From the NCBI RefSeq assembly GCF_006345805.1, contig NC_043000.1, forward strand, positions 64,914,001 to 64,978,000: DNA of 64,000 nucleotides. Direction: 5' to 3'. A program made the translations under genes and the position numbers. Shown one piece after another: positions 13,181 through 25,991 of this stretch. Source of the DNA: Octopus sinensis (taxonomy: Eukaryota). Under the pieces are notes generated by a model that was given only the letters and a program-made list of their open reading frames with translations, did not search any database and was not told the DNA's origin. Every line of letters begins with the position of its first letter. The first letter of the stretch is position 1.

Positions 13181-14733
13181 AGAACATACACACACACATA
13201 TATAAGCATTTGTAAATAATTTATATATATATCTTGATTCTAGCTGTTTCATCAGATGTACAAGTACAATCCTCTCTTGTAGGCTCACCATGCACTTACA
13301 ATAAGGAACAATCCTAAAATCTTATACCACTCCACAAAACAATGTTAGATAAAAAAACACAAGAGGATAATGTTTAGGCATTCTATAAAAATCCCAGATA
13401 AAAATTGGAGATTAACTATGAAAGCAATACTTATACAGCAGCATAATGTCAAAACAAACATTCAAATAGCACCCATATCACAGAATTAACATGTGGCTAC
13501 TGCTATGAAAATGTAATGGTAAAAAATTTTGACCACAACAAAATAAATTAATATGGCATCATTGACATAGAAGCCTAATGGTCAAAAAGTCTTTGTCAGA
13601 AAAGTTTACATGAATTGAAACACTATATAAAAAAAAACAAGCAGATGCCAAATCCAGTCAATTCTTCAAAATGAGACAGTGAAAGTCTGGAAATGTTGAA
13701 TGTGAATTTAGGAACTTTAATGTTCCAAACCAACAGTAAAAAACTTGATAATATAAAAAATTTCAAAAAGAAAGATTGAACTTGGACGCAACCGTGTATT
13801 TAATGAAACACACATATTTTATGAAACATATGTCTGCGTGTGTGTGTGTGTGTGTGCGTATGTGCATACACACACACACATATATACATATATATGTGTG
13901 TGTATACACAAATGCAAATGTATATATATATATATATATATATATACACTCAATGTCACATTAGTCAGGCAGCACTTAAATGTTTTATTTTCAAGGCATT
14001 TATGTGTGTGTGTGTGTGTACCTGCATGCATTTGCGCGTTTATGCGCACATTTGCTTGTGTGTATGTAGAGAACAAGAACCATGTGCATATAGTGAATAT
14101 ATCTGGTTTTCGGCTGTAGGTATAACACCATACCTCATAGCAAGATTCTCAAACTCCTGCTGCTAAGTGAATATCCTTATGTTTTTATAAGAGTGTCTGT
14201 ACACAGTTAAGAGCAAGCTTCTTGATCTTCAGCTGTTATCATTTAGAGAAAAACACAGATGAGTGAGTTTGATATGGTATTAGTGGACTGGCACTTTTAG
14301 CTATTTTTATGTAATAAGAATGGTTTTTTGATTGTTAAACCAAAAAGACTGTTCTCCATGCCCACACATGAATTCATGCATTCACACAAATCCATGTGGC
14401 ACTCAAGCATACACACAATCATATGAATTTCATATAAACTATTTAAATATACATACATGGTGTGTGTGTGTGTGCAAGTGACTCATCATCATCATTTAAT
14501 GTCCATGTGTGTGTATATATATGTATGTGAGTGTATATATATATATATATATATACACATATATACAGACGTGTATATATATATTTACACACACACAACA
14601 CACATATATATATATATATATATACATACGTGAATATATATAAGTATATATAAATATATACACATATGCATCTATTTAGATATATACATATATGTATATG
14701 TAAGTGTATATATATATGCATGTGTATGTGAAT

Positions 14734-14779
<46 letters not shown>

Positions 14780-17082
14780 CATATATATATATATATATAA
14801 CACATGTGCAAATTTATATGATTGTGTATATACATACATATGCTACCCTGGCTTCTGTATTGTATTATTTTTTTTGCTAGTTTATCATTTCTCCTCACTT
14901 GTTATCTTTTTTTGCCAATTTTCTAGCTTCATATCAATGTGCACAAATTTTCTAATATTATTTCAAAATAATTTTTACTATTTCTGAACTCTAATTTCAC
15001 TTCTAAAACTATCTGAAAGAAAAATTAAGTTAACTCATCATGCAAAATAAGAAATTTTTCCTTTTTGGAGAAATGGATTAAATATGAGGAAACAGACTAT
15101 CACTTCATGTTCCATGGATTTTGTCTGGAGATAAAGGGTTAAATCAATGTCAAAATTGCAATTCATTGGTATCTTACTCCAACCAACACAAAGTGTGTTT
15201 TAGTGCTTAAATATATGTGAAAATTAAAAGAGTTCCAAAAGTGTTAATTAGTCTTATTACTTGCCATTCAGTTTCTGAATTGGTTAAATATGATTCTCTC
15301 AACAATATTCAGATTGTTTGCTTTCTGTACTTTTGCATTCATTGTTATAGTTCTAAGTTTACATTTTCCTGACTGCAAGAACTGAAAGTGTTATAGGGTG
15401 GTCTGTATTTGTGTTACAAACTTGTGGACCAAAGTAGCAGAGAAACATACCCAGGGTTATCTTGATTCCAAATATGTTCCATTTGTAGGAGTAGCCCATA
15501 TGAGAAAGGTCCTTGTAGCCAAGAAGCTATGTGGACACACACACATGCACAGAAATACATATTTATTGGTATAAACTATGTGTGTGTATGTAAAGTAAAA
15601 GTATACATACCTATATGTAAGTGTATGAGTGCTTATGTGTGTTTGTGTGGTTTTGTGTATGTGTGCACATACTCATGTGTATCACAGAAAATATAATACT
15701 GCCAACTTTTACTTTTGTTATGATGGACAATATAGTTGTATATATATATGTATATATACATGTGTGTGTGTGCATGTGTGTATATATCTATGTATGTATG
15801 AATGTACAGCATGTATTTAAGATGTTGCTACAAATGTAAATGAAGCTATAAATAAAAGTCCTTTATACATATGTATCATGTACGATACATATTGATGAGG
15901 AAAATAAGACCAGAACCATCAACTGAAATAGATGCACATGCTCAGTCATCTACGAGTTGACGGTGATAAACATTCTGATATTTGTGAGTTGTTAGTTTGC
16001 TTTGGTGTCATAGTCACTTCCTGCATGACAAATAAGTGGTTCAATTCCACTTTTACCATTATCAAGGAGTATCTTATCAAACGTATTAAGGACCATTATT
16101 TATAATTCCTTATGCATTGTGTGTGTGTATATATATGTATATATATTATATATATATATATATATACACACATTTATACATACACACAGAGAAGCTAACA
16201 AGGTGATCTTTAAGTGGTTGCTTGATCTGCATGAAATAGCTGCTAAGTTTATACTGAAACATATCTCATCTTGAAAAAGAATAACGCATTGCAGATACAC
16301 TTTGTCTGGAAAAAACATATCAAATTTACTTTGGGAGCTGAGCAACACACATGCACACACACTCACGCACACACATACACACACACACATGCACGCACAC
16401 ATACACACACACACACATTATTTGGTGTTTTACAGATCTAATCCTGTTTCAATTGAACAGAATTATCCCTGTGAAATTCAATAAAGAAAACTAACACACT
16501 CTAGTTCCTGAAGAATGGTTTTCTTTATTTTGTATCTGTAAGCCTTGTTGTTACAAATACAGGAGTACATTTATATCTACGTTTACCTTTGACCTGCTAA
16601 GTACACAGACATTATGGGTTTGATGTCATAGTTTTTCCTCTTTCTCTTACCTTTCTTGATACTTTTTCTTTTCATGTCTGAATATTTACCTTCATTGTAC
16701 TCTGAATAAATTTATATTTTTTGCTCTGTGTTTTTATGCTCTTTCAATCATGTGCTTCTACATGTCTGGTTCCATATATTATTCATTTGTATGCCATCTC
16801 TTTCCTTCATGATCTTATTCATACTATTCATGTGATTTTTGTTAACACACACACGTACATACAAATATACATGTATATATATGTGTATGTAATCATTCAT
16901 TCAAGACACCTGTGTGAAACCATTAAATAGATATAATTTAATTATATATAAGATTTATAAAAGTAATTAAATATATATAAGCATGTATGTGACTTTATAT
17001 ACTCCATCATACATGTGTATTCATCACTTTCATATAAAACCATAGTAATACAAATCTCATATACAGGCATGTTATGCTAAAT

Positions 17083-17122
<40 letters not shown>

Positions 17123-17139
17123 GCATATACTAGCACTTT

Positions 17140-17290
17140 GTTGATCACGACGACAGGTGTTCCAGTTGATCAAGGCAACAAGATAGCCTGCTCATGAAAT
17201 TAACGTGCAAGTGGCTGAGCACTCCACAGGCACATATACCCTTAATGTAGTTCTCAAGGAGATTCAGTGTGACACAGTATATGACAAGGC
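17140..17290 (-). mobile_element. SINE family E, 3' half
   Basis: Reverse complement of the 3' part of the 32243-32628 element (gtggagtgctcagccacttgcacgttaatttc). Confidence 0.8.
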
Positions 17291-17293
17291 TGG

Positions 17294-17460
17294 TCATTTG
17301 AGGACATACTCCCGTATTTGTCTGAGTATTGGGTCCTTTGGGTGCTTGGATAAGATGCGGATGTCAAGTTGACCCTGGTTGCCTCCATGTTGGTCCTTGG
17401 CATGTTGGTAGAGTATGGAGGATTGTTTTTTGTCCCCATATTGTCTCAAAGGAATGGCTA
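17294..17460 (-). mobile_element. Penelope-like element GIY-YIG endonuclease C-terminal fragment
   Basis: QYGDKKQSSILYQHAKDQHGGNQGQLDIRILSKHPKDPILRQIREYVL resembles the PLE motif SxLWxHxxxxHGG...F.h.h....xDxhLRQIxE. Confidence 0.6.
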
Positions 17461-18864
17461 AATGAACATTTGAGACAATATGTGCAGCCATACATACAAA
17501 CACGGTACATAGTTGCAAAACACACACACACACACACTCAGACATACACACACAAGGAGACAGGTACACACACATATACAAACACACACACATGCACGCA
17601 CACACATATACATAAAAACACACAAACATGGACATGCAAACACATGAATATGTAGAATATGTACATAGAAATGTACACACATAAATAGATACATATGTAC
17701 ACACACACACATACATGCATATACACACATGCATGTATACATACATACATGCATGTATAGCACACACACACACACACACACACCACACACACACACACAA
17801 CACACACAGATCCACACACATGTGCACAAACAAAAGGAATGTAGTGTGAGTAACAGGCAGAGTCAAAACTATTTAAAAGGTTACAAGACGCAACGAAAAT
17901 TTTTGAAAAATATTAAAGAAATAAGTGGAAATATTACCAGTGAGTGTGTTAAATTATAAAGGCACCAAATGAGAATGACTCGCCCCAGACACAAGCTCTT
18001 TCCTTTTCCAAGGCCATATGAAGACTTGAACACAAATGTTTGAAAATTTCCTGAAGTCTTCAACAGAACTTTTGTTTAGAGAGTAAAACTCCTTAAATCG
18101 ATAATCTCTGAAATGACTTAAGAAGTTGGCCACAAGTAATATGATGAGTCTGTGCCAAAACACTTAAATGGGTCACCCAACCTAGCTGTAAATATGAACT
18201 AAATGATAAGTTAAGAAGAAATCTTGGTTGTTATAATTAGTAGGAACATTGTAAATTTGACAAGTATTAATTTGTTTAGCTTTCAACTGTCCCTGTTCAA
18301 TTGTCTTTGAGAGTATAACTGTGATAGATGGATTTACAAAGCTTTGCTCTGTTGTGATTATATCTATAATCCAAGAATTTCTGGGGATTACCACTTATAA
18401 CACACACACATACACATGAATAATTAGGTAGCAGGTTTTCTTTGTTCTGATTCATGGAATACAACTTCCATATCTAGCTTGGTTTGAAGTGCCAACAACA
18501 TTACCACTAAGTGGTCATTTGATCTCACAGAAATGACAGGCATATCATCTTCATATGACACTTTCCTACTTCAAAAGAAGAAGGACAAATTCAGGAAAGA
18601 AGAAAGGCAAGATGGTTACAGAGAAAACATCTTTGTCCATAGGTCTACATGATCAGGGCTGACATGGCAGTAAACAAGAATAACAAACAACAATATTCTG
18701 TGATTCATGCTTATATATAATTCAAACAGCAAGTCAACAAGGGAGATTAAGCACAATAGTCTTAATTGCTAAAACTAGCAGTCAAATCCTTTAAATCACA
18801 GGACTAGATCATAATGGATACATGTCCTTCATATTAGGGATGTTCAGTCAAGGATGATCTAAAA

Positions 18865-19123
18865 CAGTGTTTCTCAACCATTTTTTTACTCTTGGGCCCC
18901 ATTTAATTCTTCTTTTATTCATATGGACCCTCTTAGCCATTTTAATGTTTAATTCAATCTTTACACTTTTATAATATTATTAGGAATTGTATAAAAAAAA
19001 TTGTCAAAATATTTTGTGTATTGTTCAAACAAAACCAATATGTTGTAGATAAATTTTAACAAAATCTTATATGAACCCTCCCCACCCACCAAGGACCATA
19101 TGGACCTTGGTTGAGAACCACTC
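18865..19123. mobile_element. hAT (Charlie-type) MITE
   Basis: TIRs cagtgtttctcaacc / ggttgagaaccactc; degenerate 8-bp TSD atctaaaa / atctagac. Confidence 0.75.
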
Positions 19124-19423
19124 ATCTAGACCTACACGCAATGACAACATTACATAAAGCAATATCTTTCATGTTATTGAAATATTACTCTCTTTAGTAG
19201 GGTTGTCAGGTTTTGTCAAGACTTATCATTCTGTTAGTTTTATATGAGAAAGAACATCAATAGATCAGGGATGGCCTCTGTAGTTAAGAAGTTCACTTCA
19301 CAATCTTCATGGTTCAAGATTCAATCCTGGTCAAGTATTTTCTATCATAACATCAGGTTCAGTCAAATGCTTCTGAGTTAAAATTTAAAAAAAATTAAAA
19401 CAGAGTTGAAGCCTGTCATACAT

Positions 19424-19815
19424 AGGTGCAGGCATGGCTGTGTGGTTAAGGAGCTCACTTTGCAACCATGTGGTTTTTAGTTCAATCCTTCTATACAGCA
19501 CCTTGGGCAAATGTCTCCTGTTATACCCTGGGTTGGCCAATGTCTTTGTGAGTGAATTTAGTAGAGAGAAACTGTGTGGAAGCCCATCATATTTGTATAT
19601 ATGTATGTTTGTCCCTCCGCTACTCAACAGCTGGTGTTGGTTTGTTTATGTCCTCAAAACTTTGCTGTTTAGTGAAAGAGATAGAATAAGCACCAAACTT
19701 TTAAGAAGTGGTAGTGGGGGAATAAGTACTGAGATTAATTTATTCAGCTAAACTCTTCAAGGTGGTGCTCCAATATGACCACAACCCAATGACTGACACA
19801 AAGAAACGATAAAAG
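19424..19815 (+). mobile_element. SINE family A, full length, followed by (CTAT)n
   Basis: Same head, body and tail as the 12807 copy. Confidence 0.85.
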
Positions 19816-19907
<92 letters not shown>

Positions 19908-20303
19908 ATATATATATATATATCAAGTCTACATTCCATGTGCCAAGTACATTTTTATTGATTGTGGTTAACAGCGTTACTGACACCTTCAAATGTGAGT
20001 GTGTGTGTTTATGTGTTTATGTATACATGTATGTATGTCTTGGAATGCAACTGATTCAGAGTGTCAGACAAAAATACCTTGAGATATAGTGTTCTGTTTC
20101 TTTTGCACCTAGGGCAACTTTGCTTCTCTTTCTACTGAGATGGAAAAAATAAGTTACAGACAAACTATTGGAGCCAATACTAAGTGCCCCAGCATGGCTA
20201 CTATCCAGCAATTAATAATAACCTAATAGCTTTAGCATTAGTAAGAAAACTAAAAATATAAGTATATGAATGCATAGAAACATATTTATGTAGCATAGTT
20301 ATA

Positions 20304-20519
20304 TTCTTCTCTACTCTAAGCACAAGGCCCAAAATTTTTGGGGAGGATGACAGTTGATTAGATCAACCCCAGTACGCAACTGGTACTTAATTTATTGACC
20401 CTACAAGGATAAAAGGCAAAGTCAATCTCGGTGGAATTTGAACTCAGAATGTAGAGACAGATGAAATACCACTAAGCATTTTGCCTGGTGTGCTAATGTT
20501 TCTGCCAGCTCACCACCTT
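20304..20519 (-). mobile_element. SINE family B with Deu/Nin-like central domain
   Basis: Minus strand: gagctggcagaaacattagc...gagttcaaattccaccgagattgactttgccttttatcc...aataaattaagtaccag. Confidence 0.8.
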
Positions 20520-20984
20520 ATAGAGTGTTAAATATTGTTTATTGCATTAAGATATAGCAGCATCCTTGTATTAAAAAAAAAATCTTAGTATAATCTTTAA
20601 AATGGATTATACAATATTATTCATTTATCACCTCACAAGCATATTAAAATCAGATGTTGCAGTCTTCTATATATATACTAGGCTTGCAATTGCCATATCT
20701 TCTCTCATTATATGAACAGCCTCTATCTATTAGATATCATATCGTACAAGGTGTCTAGCTGGTGTCATAGATAGTGATTGCATTTTCTAATAGAGAAAAT
20801 CTTGTTCATTTATGAAGTTATAGGTTCTCCTTTATTATGATTGGCTTTTACAACTAAATATTGTTTGTTTTTACATATAGTTTATACATGTAGCTTTACA
20901 CATGCCATTATATATATATATATATATATAGTTTTACATATGGTTTACCCACAGATTTTTTTCTGTTGTTATTTTGTTATGTAT

Positions 20985-21383
20985 GGGTGCAGGTGTGGCA
21001 GTGTGGTAAGAAGCTTGCTTCCCAGCCACATGGTTCCAGGTTCAGTCCCACTGCATGGCACCTTGGGCAAGTGTTTTCTACTATAGCCTTGGGGCAACCG
21101 AAGTTTGTGTTTGGTAGACAGAAACTGAAAGAAGCCTGTCATGTATATATATATATGTATGTATATTTATGTGTATGTGTGTCTGTTTGTCCCCCAACCA
21201 ATATTTGACAACTGATGCTGGTGTGTTTATGTCCCTGTAACTTAGCAGTTCGGCAAAAGAGACTGATAGAATAAGTATTAGGCTTACAAAGAATAAGCCC
21301 TGGGGTTGATTTCTTTGACTGAAACCCTTTAAGGTGGTGCTCCAGCATGATCACAGTCAATTAACTGAAACAAGTAAAAGAAT
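20985..21383 (+). mobile_element. SINE family A, full length
   Basis: Same family motifs. Confidence 0.85.
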
Positions 21384-21469
21384 AACTTACACGTATGGTT
21401 TGATTTTGTAGATAGCTTTTACTTTCTGTCGAGCTGACAAGCCTAATAGCCTGGGGGCTTATTCCAGTT

Positions 21470-21722
21470 TCCATTGCATTTAAATGACTGAGAGTACAGG
21501 ACTCCCCACTGAATATGACGCCAGTCTGTTGCAGGGGGGTACCCACTATCCCATCCCCATCTCACTCCAGCTGTCACTCACTGGTATTTATTTTCAGTTG
21601 AGTGAACTGAAACAATGTGAAATGAAATGCCTTGCTCAAGGACATATCGTGCAGCTTGGTCTGAGAATTGAACACACAACCTAATGAACTCAATACCCAA
21701 ACCACTCCAATACATGCCTTCA
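21470..21722 (-). mobile_element. CORE-like tRNA SINE (family D)
   Basis: gagtgaactgaaacaatgtgaaatgaaatgccttgctcaaggaca is the reverse of the CORE-like domain; similar copy at 46145-46360. Confidence 0.65.
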
Positions 21723-21729
21723 CTTTTTT

Positions 21730-22200
21730 TTTTACACACAGTAGTTTTATACATATAGTTTTACATATATTTATTTTCACATATGGTTAGTTTTTATATA
21801 TACATATAACAGTATTTTTACAAATGGTTCCTGCTTTGTTTATTTTATATACAGTTTGTTTTTGCAGAGATTGTACATAAAGCTTTTAAATATAGTTTAT
21901 TTGTACATATAATTTTTACATACTTCACAACTAGTTTGTTTTTTTTACATAGCTTTTACTAGTAGCTTTAACACAGTTTTGACATGGTCATTATATATGA
22001 TTTGTTTTTAATATTGTTTTTACATATCATATTTTTTACATATACATATATACATACATATATATTTACATACATATATACATACATACATATATATATC
22101 ATCATCATCATCATCATCATCTATATATATATGGTTTGTTTTTACAGATAGTTTTTGCACATGACTTTTACATACAGTTTGCTATCGCATATAATTTTAT
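21730..22200. repeat. Degenerate TTTTACATATAG-type tandem repeat
   Basis: Recurrent ttttacatatag motif, also present at 20860-20960. Confidence 0.6.
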
Positions 22201-22817
22201 GTCAAGTATTTTTAGTCAATGATTGAGCCTCAAAATATGCCTTGGCTTGCTAGAATCAGCAGCCAAATCACCCACAAATCACATTCTACCATTTTAAATA
22301 AAGATGTCTAACTAGACCAGGATAGCCAGAACAAGAACAAGCCAACTGATAGGCTGCGGCAGAGTTTACCATTGTTTTCTTCATCCATTGCCTAATGGCA
22401 ATGGATGAAGAAGACCATACCCAAGATGCTTCACAGTGGTAGAGAATCCAAAGCTGTTGCAATGCAAACCTCTTAACTATACAGCCGTGCCTGCATCATA
22501 GAGAATATACCATATAAATAACATTATTGATTAGTTACATTGATATTATCTTTGTCATTAAGTGTAAATGTCACAGCAATGAATACAATGATATACATGA
22601 TAAAAAATGTATAAACAGTATATTTGTTGGTAGATACTTTATTTTCTGGCACTTTTGCTCTACCCTTTAAATGTTTAACTTGAGAGGCTATTTGTTGATT
22701 AGATCACTGTCCTATAGTTTTCGGTTAATAATTATCATATTTCTCATCAAACCTCACTGGTAAGCAAGGGTAGAGCTGCTTCGATAACAGTCTTTTTTCT
22801 GTTTTCTTTTAGCATTG

Positions 22818-22883
<66 letters not shown>

Positions 22884-23057
22884 ACACAACTTCAGACTGA
22901 TAAGTTGTTTGATTGAAAAGAGCTTATCTCTAAATAATTCATATTAAACTTTACATTAATGGTTCTCAGTCTTTTTGACTTTGAAGCACACTGGAGATCA
23001 AATAAAAAAGTTACTGGCACACTGGAAGACAAATATATATATATATATATATATATA

Positions 23058-24410
23058 TCATCATCATCATCATTTAACATCCGCTTTCCATGCCGTCATG
23101 GGTTGGATGGTTTGACTGAGAACTGGTGAGCCAGAGGCTGCACCAGGCTCAATCTGATCTAGCACAGTTTCTACAGCTGGATGCCCTTCCTAATGCCAAC
23201 CACTCCGAAAGTGTAGTGGGTGCTCTTATGTGCCACCGGCAAGAGGGCCTGTCAGGTAGTTCTGGCAATGACCACGCTCAAAGGGTGTTTTTACATGCTA
23301 CCTGCACGGGAGCCAGTCCAGTGGCATTGGCAACGATCATGCTTGAATGTTGTTTTTCACGTACCACTGGCACATGTGCTGGTAAGACAACACTGGCAAT
23401 GATCACGCTTGAATGGTGCTTTTCAAGTGTCACTGGCATGGGAGCCAATCTGTGGCCCTGGCAACGATCAAACTCAGGTGTGCTTTTAACGTTCCACTGG
23501 CACGAGTGCCAATCAGGTGGTACTGTCATTGGCCACGTCATTTTGATTTGTTTACACTTGCCTCAATAGGTCTTTGCAAGCAAAGTTCATTGTCCAACGA
23601 ATGAGGGAAACTCACAAGTGGGCCCGTCACACCTCATGTTTGGATGTGCTTTTAATGTTCCACTGGCACGAGTGCCAAGCAGATGGTACTGTCATCAGCC
23701 ACGTCAGCAATTTTAATTTTGATTTCACTTGCTTCAATAGGTCTTCAAGGTTTATTGTCCAATGAATGAGGGGTGTTCATTTGTGGGCTGGTTATACCCA
23801 CTGGCATAGGCCATGGGCTATGGTCTCACTTGGCTTGTCGGGTCTTCTCAAGCACAGCATATCTCCAAAGGTCTTGGTCACTAGTCATTGCCTTGGTAAG
23901 GCCCATTGTTCGAAGGTCGTGCTTCAACACCTCATCTCAGGTCTTCCTGGGTCTACCTCTTCCACACATTTTCACACAGCTGTCCTCATTCATTTGCAAC
24001 ACATGACCATACCAGCACAGTTGTCTCTCTTGTACACCACATCTGATGCTTCTTAAATCCAACTTTTCTCTCAGGGTGCTTACACTCTGTCGTGTATGCA
24101 CACTGACATTACACATCCAGCGGAGCATAATGGCTTCATTCCTTGCAAGCTTACGCATGTCCTCAGCAGTCATGGCCCATGTTTCACTGCCATGTAGCAT
24201 GGCTGTTCATACACATGCATCATACAGTCTACCTTTTACTCTGAGCAAGCAGAGGTAGGAGCTCTCTGAACTTTGCCCAGGCTATTCTTATCCTACACTT
24301 TCAGAGCATCCACCCTCCGCTAATGACTTGGTCCCCTAGGTAACGGAAGCTATCAACTACTTCTAGTTTTTCTCCCTGGAATGTGGCTCTGTACACTTTC
24401 TGTCCCTAGT
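23058..24410 (-). mobile_element. 5'-truncated RTE-clade LINE: ORF2 C-terminus, 3' UTR and (TGA)n tail
   Basis: ORF 23937..24200 MLHGSETWAMTAEDMRKLARNEAIMLRWMCNV...WYGHVLQM...GRGRPRKT; upstream EVVDSFRYLGD; tail catggaaagcggatgttaaatgatgatga. Confidence 0.92.
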
Positions 24411-24471
24411 ACTTTTAGTCAACTTATATAACATGCAAGAGACAGTGTCCCTATTCTAAATCCAGGCCACA

Positions 24472-24844
24472 TATCTTTTATCTTTTACTTGTTTCAGTCA
24501 TTAGACTGTGGCCATTGGAGAACTTTTTAGTTGAATTAATCAACCCTAGTGCTTACTTTTGCAAGTCTGGTACTTATTCTATCAGTCTCTTGCTGAACCA
24601 CTAAGTTATGGGAACATAAACACACCAGCACCAGTTGTCAAGCAATAGTTGGGACAAACACAGACTCAAAGACTCACACACACAATGGACTTCTTTCAGT
24701 TTCCAGCAACGAAATCCACTCAAAGCTTTTGTTGGCCCAAGGCTAGAGTAGATGACAGTTGCCCAAGGTGCCATGCAGTGGGACTGAACTTGGAACCGTG
24801 TAGTTGGGAAGCAAGCTTCTTACCACACAGCCACGCCTTCACCT
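24472..24844 (-). mobile_element. SINE family A, full length
   Basis: Reverse complement of family A. Confidence 0.85.
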
Positions 24845-25169
24845 ATGTATGGTAACTTTGTTTTATGAAAAATAATTGCGTATAACAAAATTAGGAATAA
24901 CACTGGGAATAAATTAGGAATAATACATTTTTTTCACAGCAGATTTCCTAAGATCTCAAATCATATTTCTCAAAATCCACAGTGATTCTAGGTACTCCCT
25001 TTAACGCATCAGTACACTGCAGTGCAGTATTTGGGGACACTGGTTTAAAAGTCACAAACAACATACTTCCACAAGTTTCACAGGAATTCATAAGTGATTG
25101 CAATTTACTTTGAAGTATTCCAATCCAACTGTTAAATCTTGTTAATTTTTTGTTTCTTTTTTTTTTTTA

Positions 25170-25530
25170 TCTTTTAATCATTTGTTTCAGTCACTGGATG
25201 GCAGCCATACTGGGGCTCTGCTTTGAAAGGCTTTAGCTGAAGAGATTGACCCTAGTACTTATTTTTAAAGTCTGGTACTTACTCTCTAGGTATTTTTCAC
25301 CAAACTGCTAAATTGAGGGAATGTAAACAAGCCAACACTGGTTGTCAAGCAGGGGAGGAGGAGGAAAACACACACACATACACACAAATATGATGGGTTT
25401 CCACACAGTTTCTCACAAGGCATTGATCAGTCCTGGGCTATAGTAAAACACTTGCCCAAGATGCCAGATAGTGGGATTGAATCTGAAACCATGTAACTGC
25501 AAAGCAAGTTTCTTAACTGCACAGTAATGT
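25170..25530 (-). mobile_element. SINE family A, diverged
   Basis: Reverse complement of family A. Confidence 0.75.
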
Positions 25531-25790
25531 CAGTGACTTATTAATTTTACTAAATAAATTAATTATAAATCAATTCAGGATATTAATGCAGAAGAATTCC
25601 CTACAGTAGTGGTACAATATAAAAAGTATAAAATCGATTGAAGAATGCATTTTGATCAAAAGAGGATATTTTCATGTTTTGAATGTAACAACCATTATTT
25701 AAAGCTAATAACTATCATGAGTCAATAAGAGATCCTCTGCCAGGCAGGAAATAGCAGCAACATTTCTCTCATGAATGGGGAATGTAATTA

Positions 25791-25991
25791 TCCTTTCTAC
25801 TATAGGCACAAGGCCTGCAGTTTTGGGGAAGGAAACTAGTCGATTACATCAACTCCCAGTGTTCAGCTAGTACTTATTTTATCAATCCTGAAAGTGACCT
25901 CAGCAGAATTTGAACTCAGAATGTAAGGACAGACCAAATGCCAGTAAGCACTCTGCCTGGCATGCCAATGATTCTGCTAGCTTGCTACCTT
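25791..25991 (-). mobile_element. SINE family B (Deu/Nin-like)
   Basis: ttctactataggcacaaggcc...gaatttgaactcagaatgtaa. Confidence 0.75.

Noticed and set aside
17880-18170. Possible PLE N-terminal ORF remnant on the plus strand
   Set aside because: Similarity is too faint and needs several frameshifts
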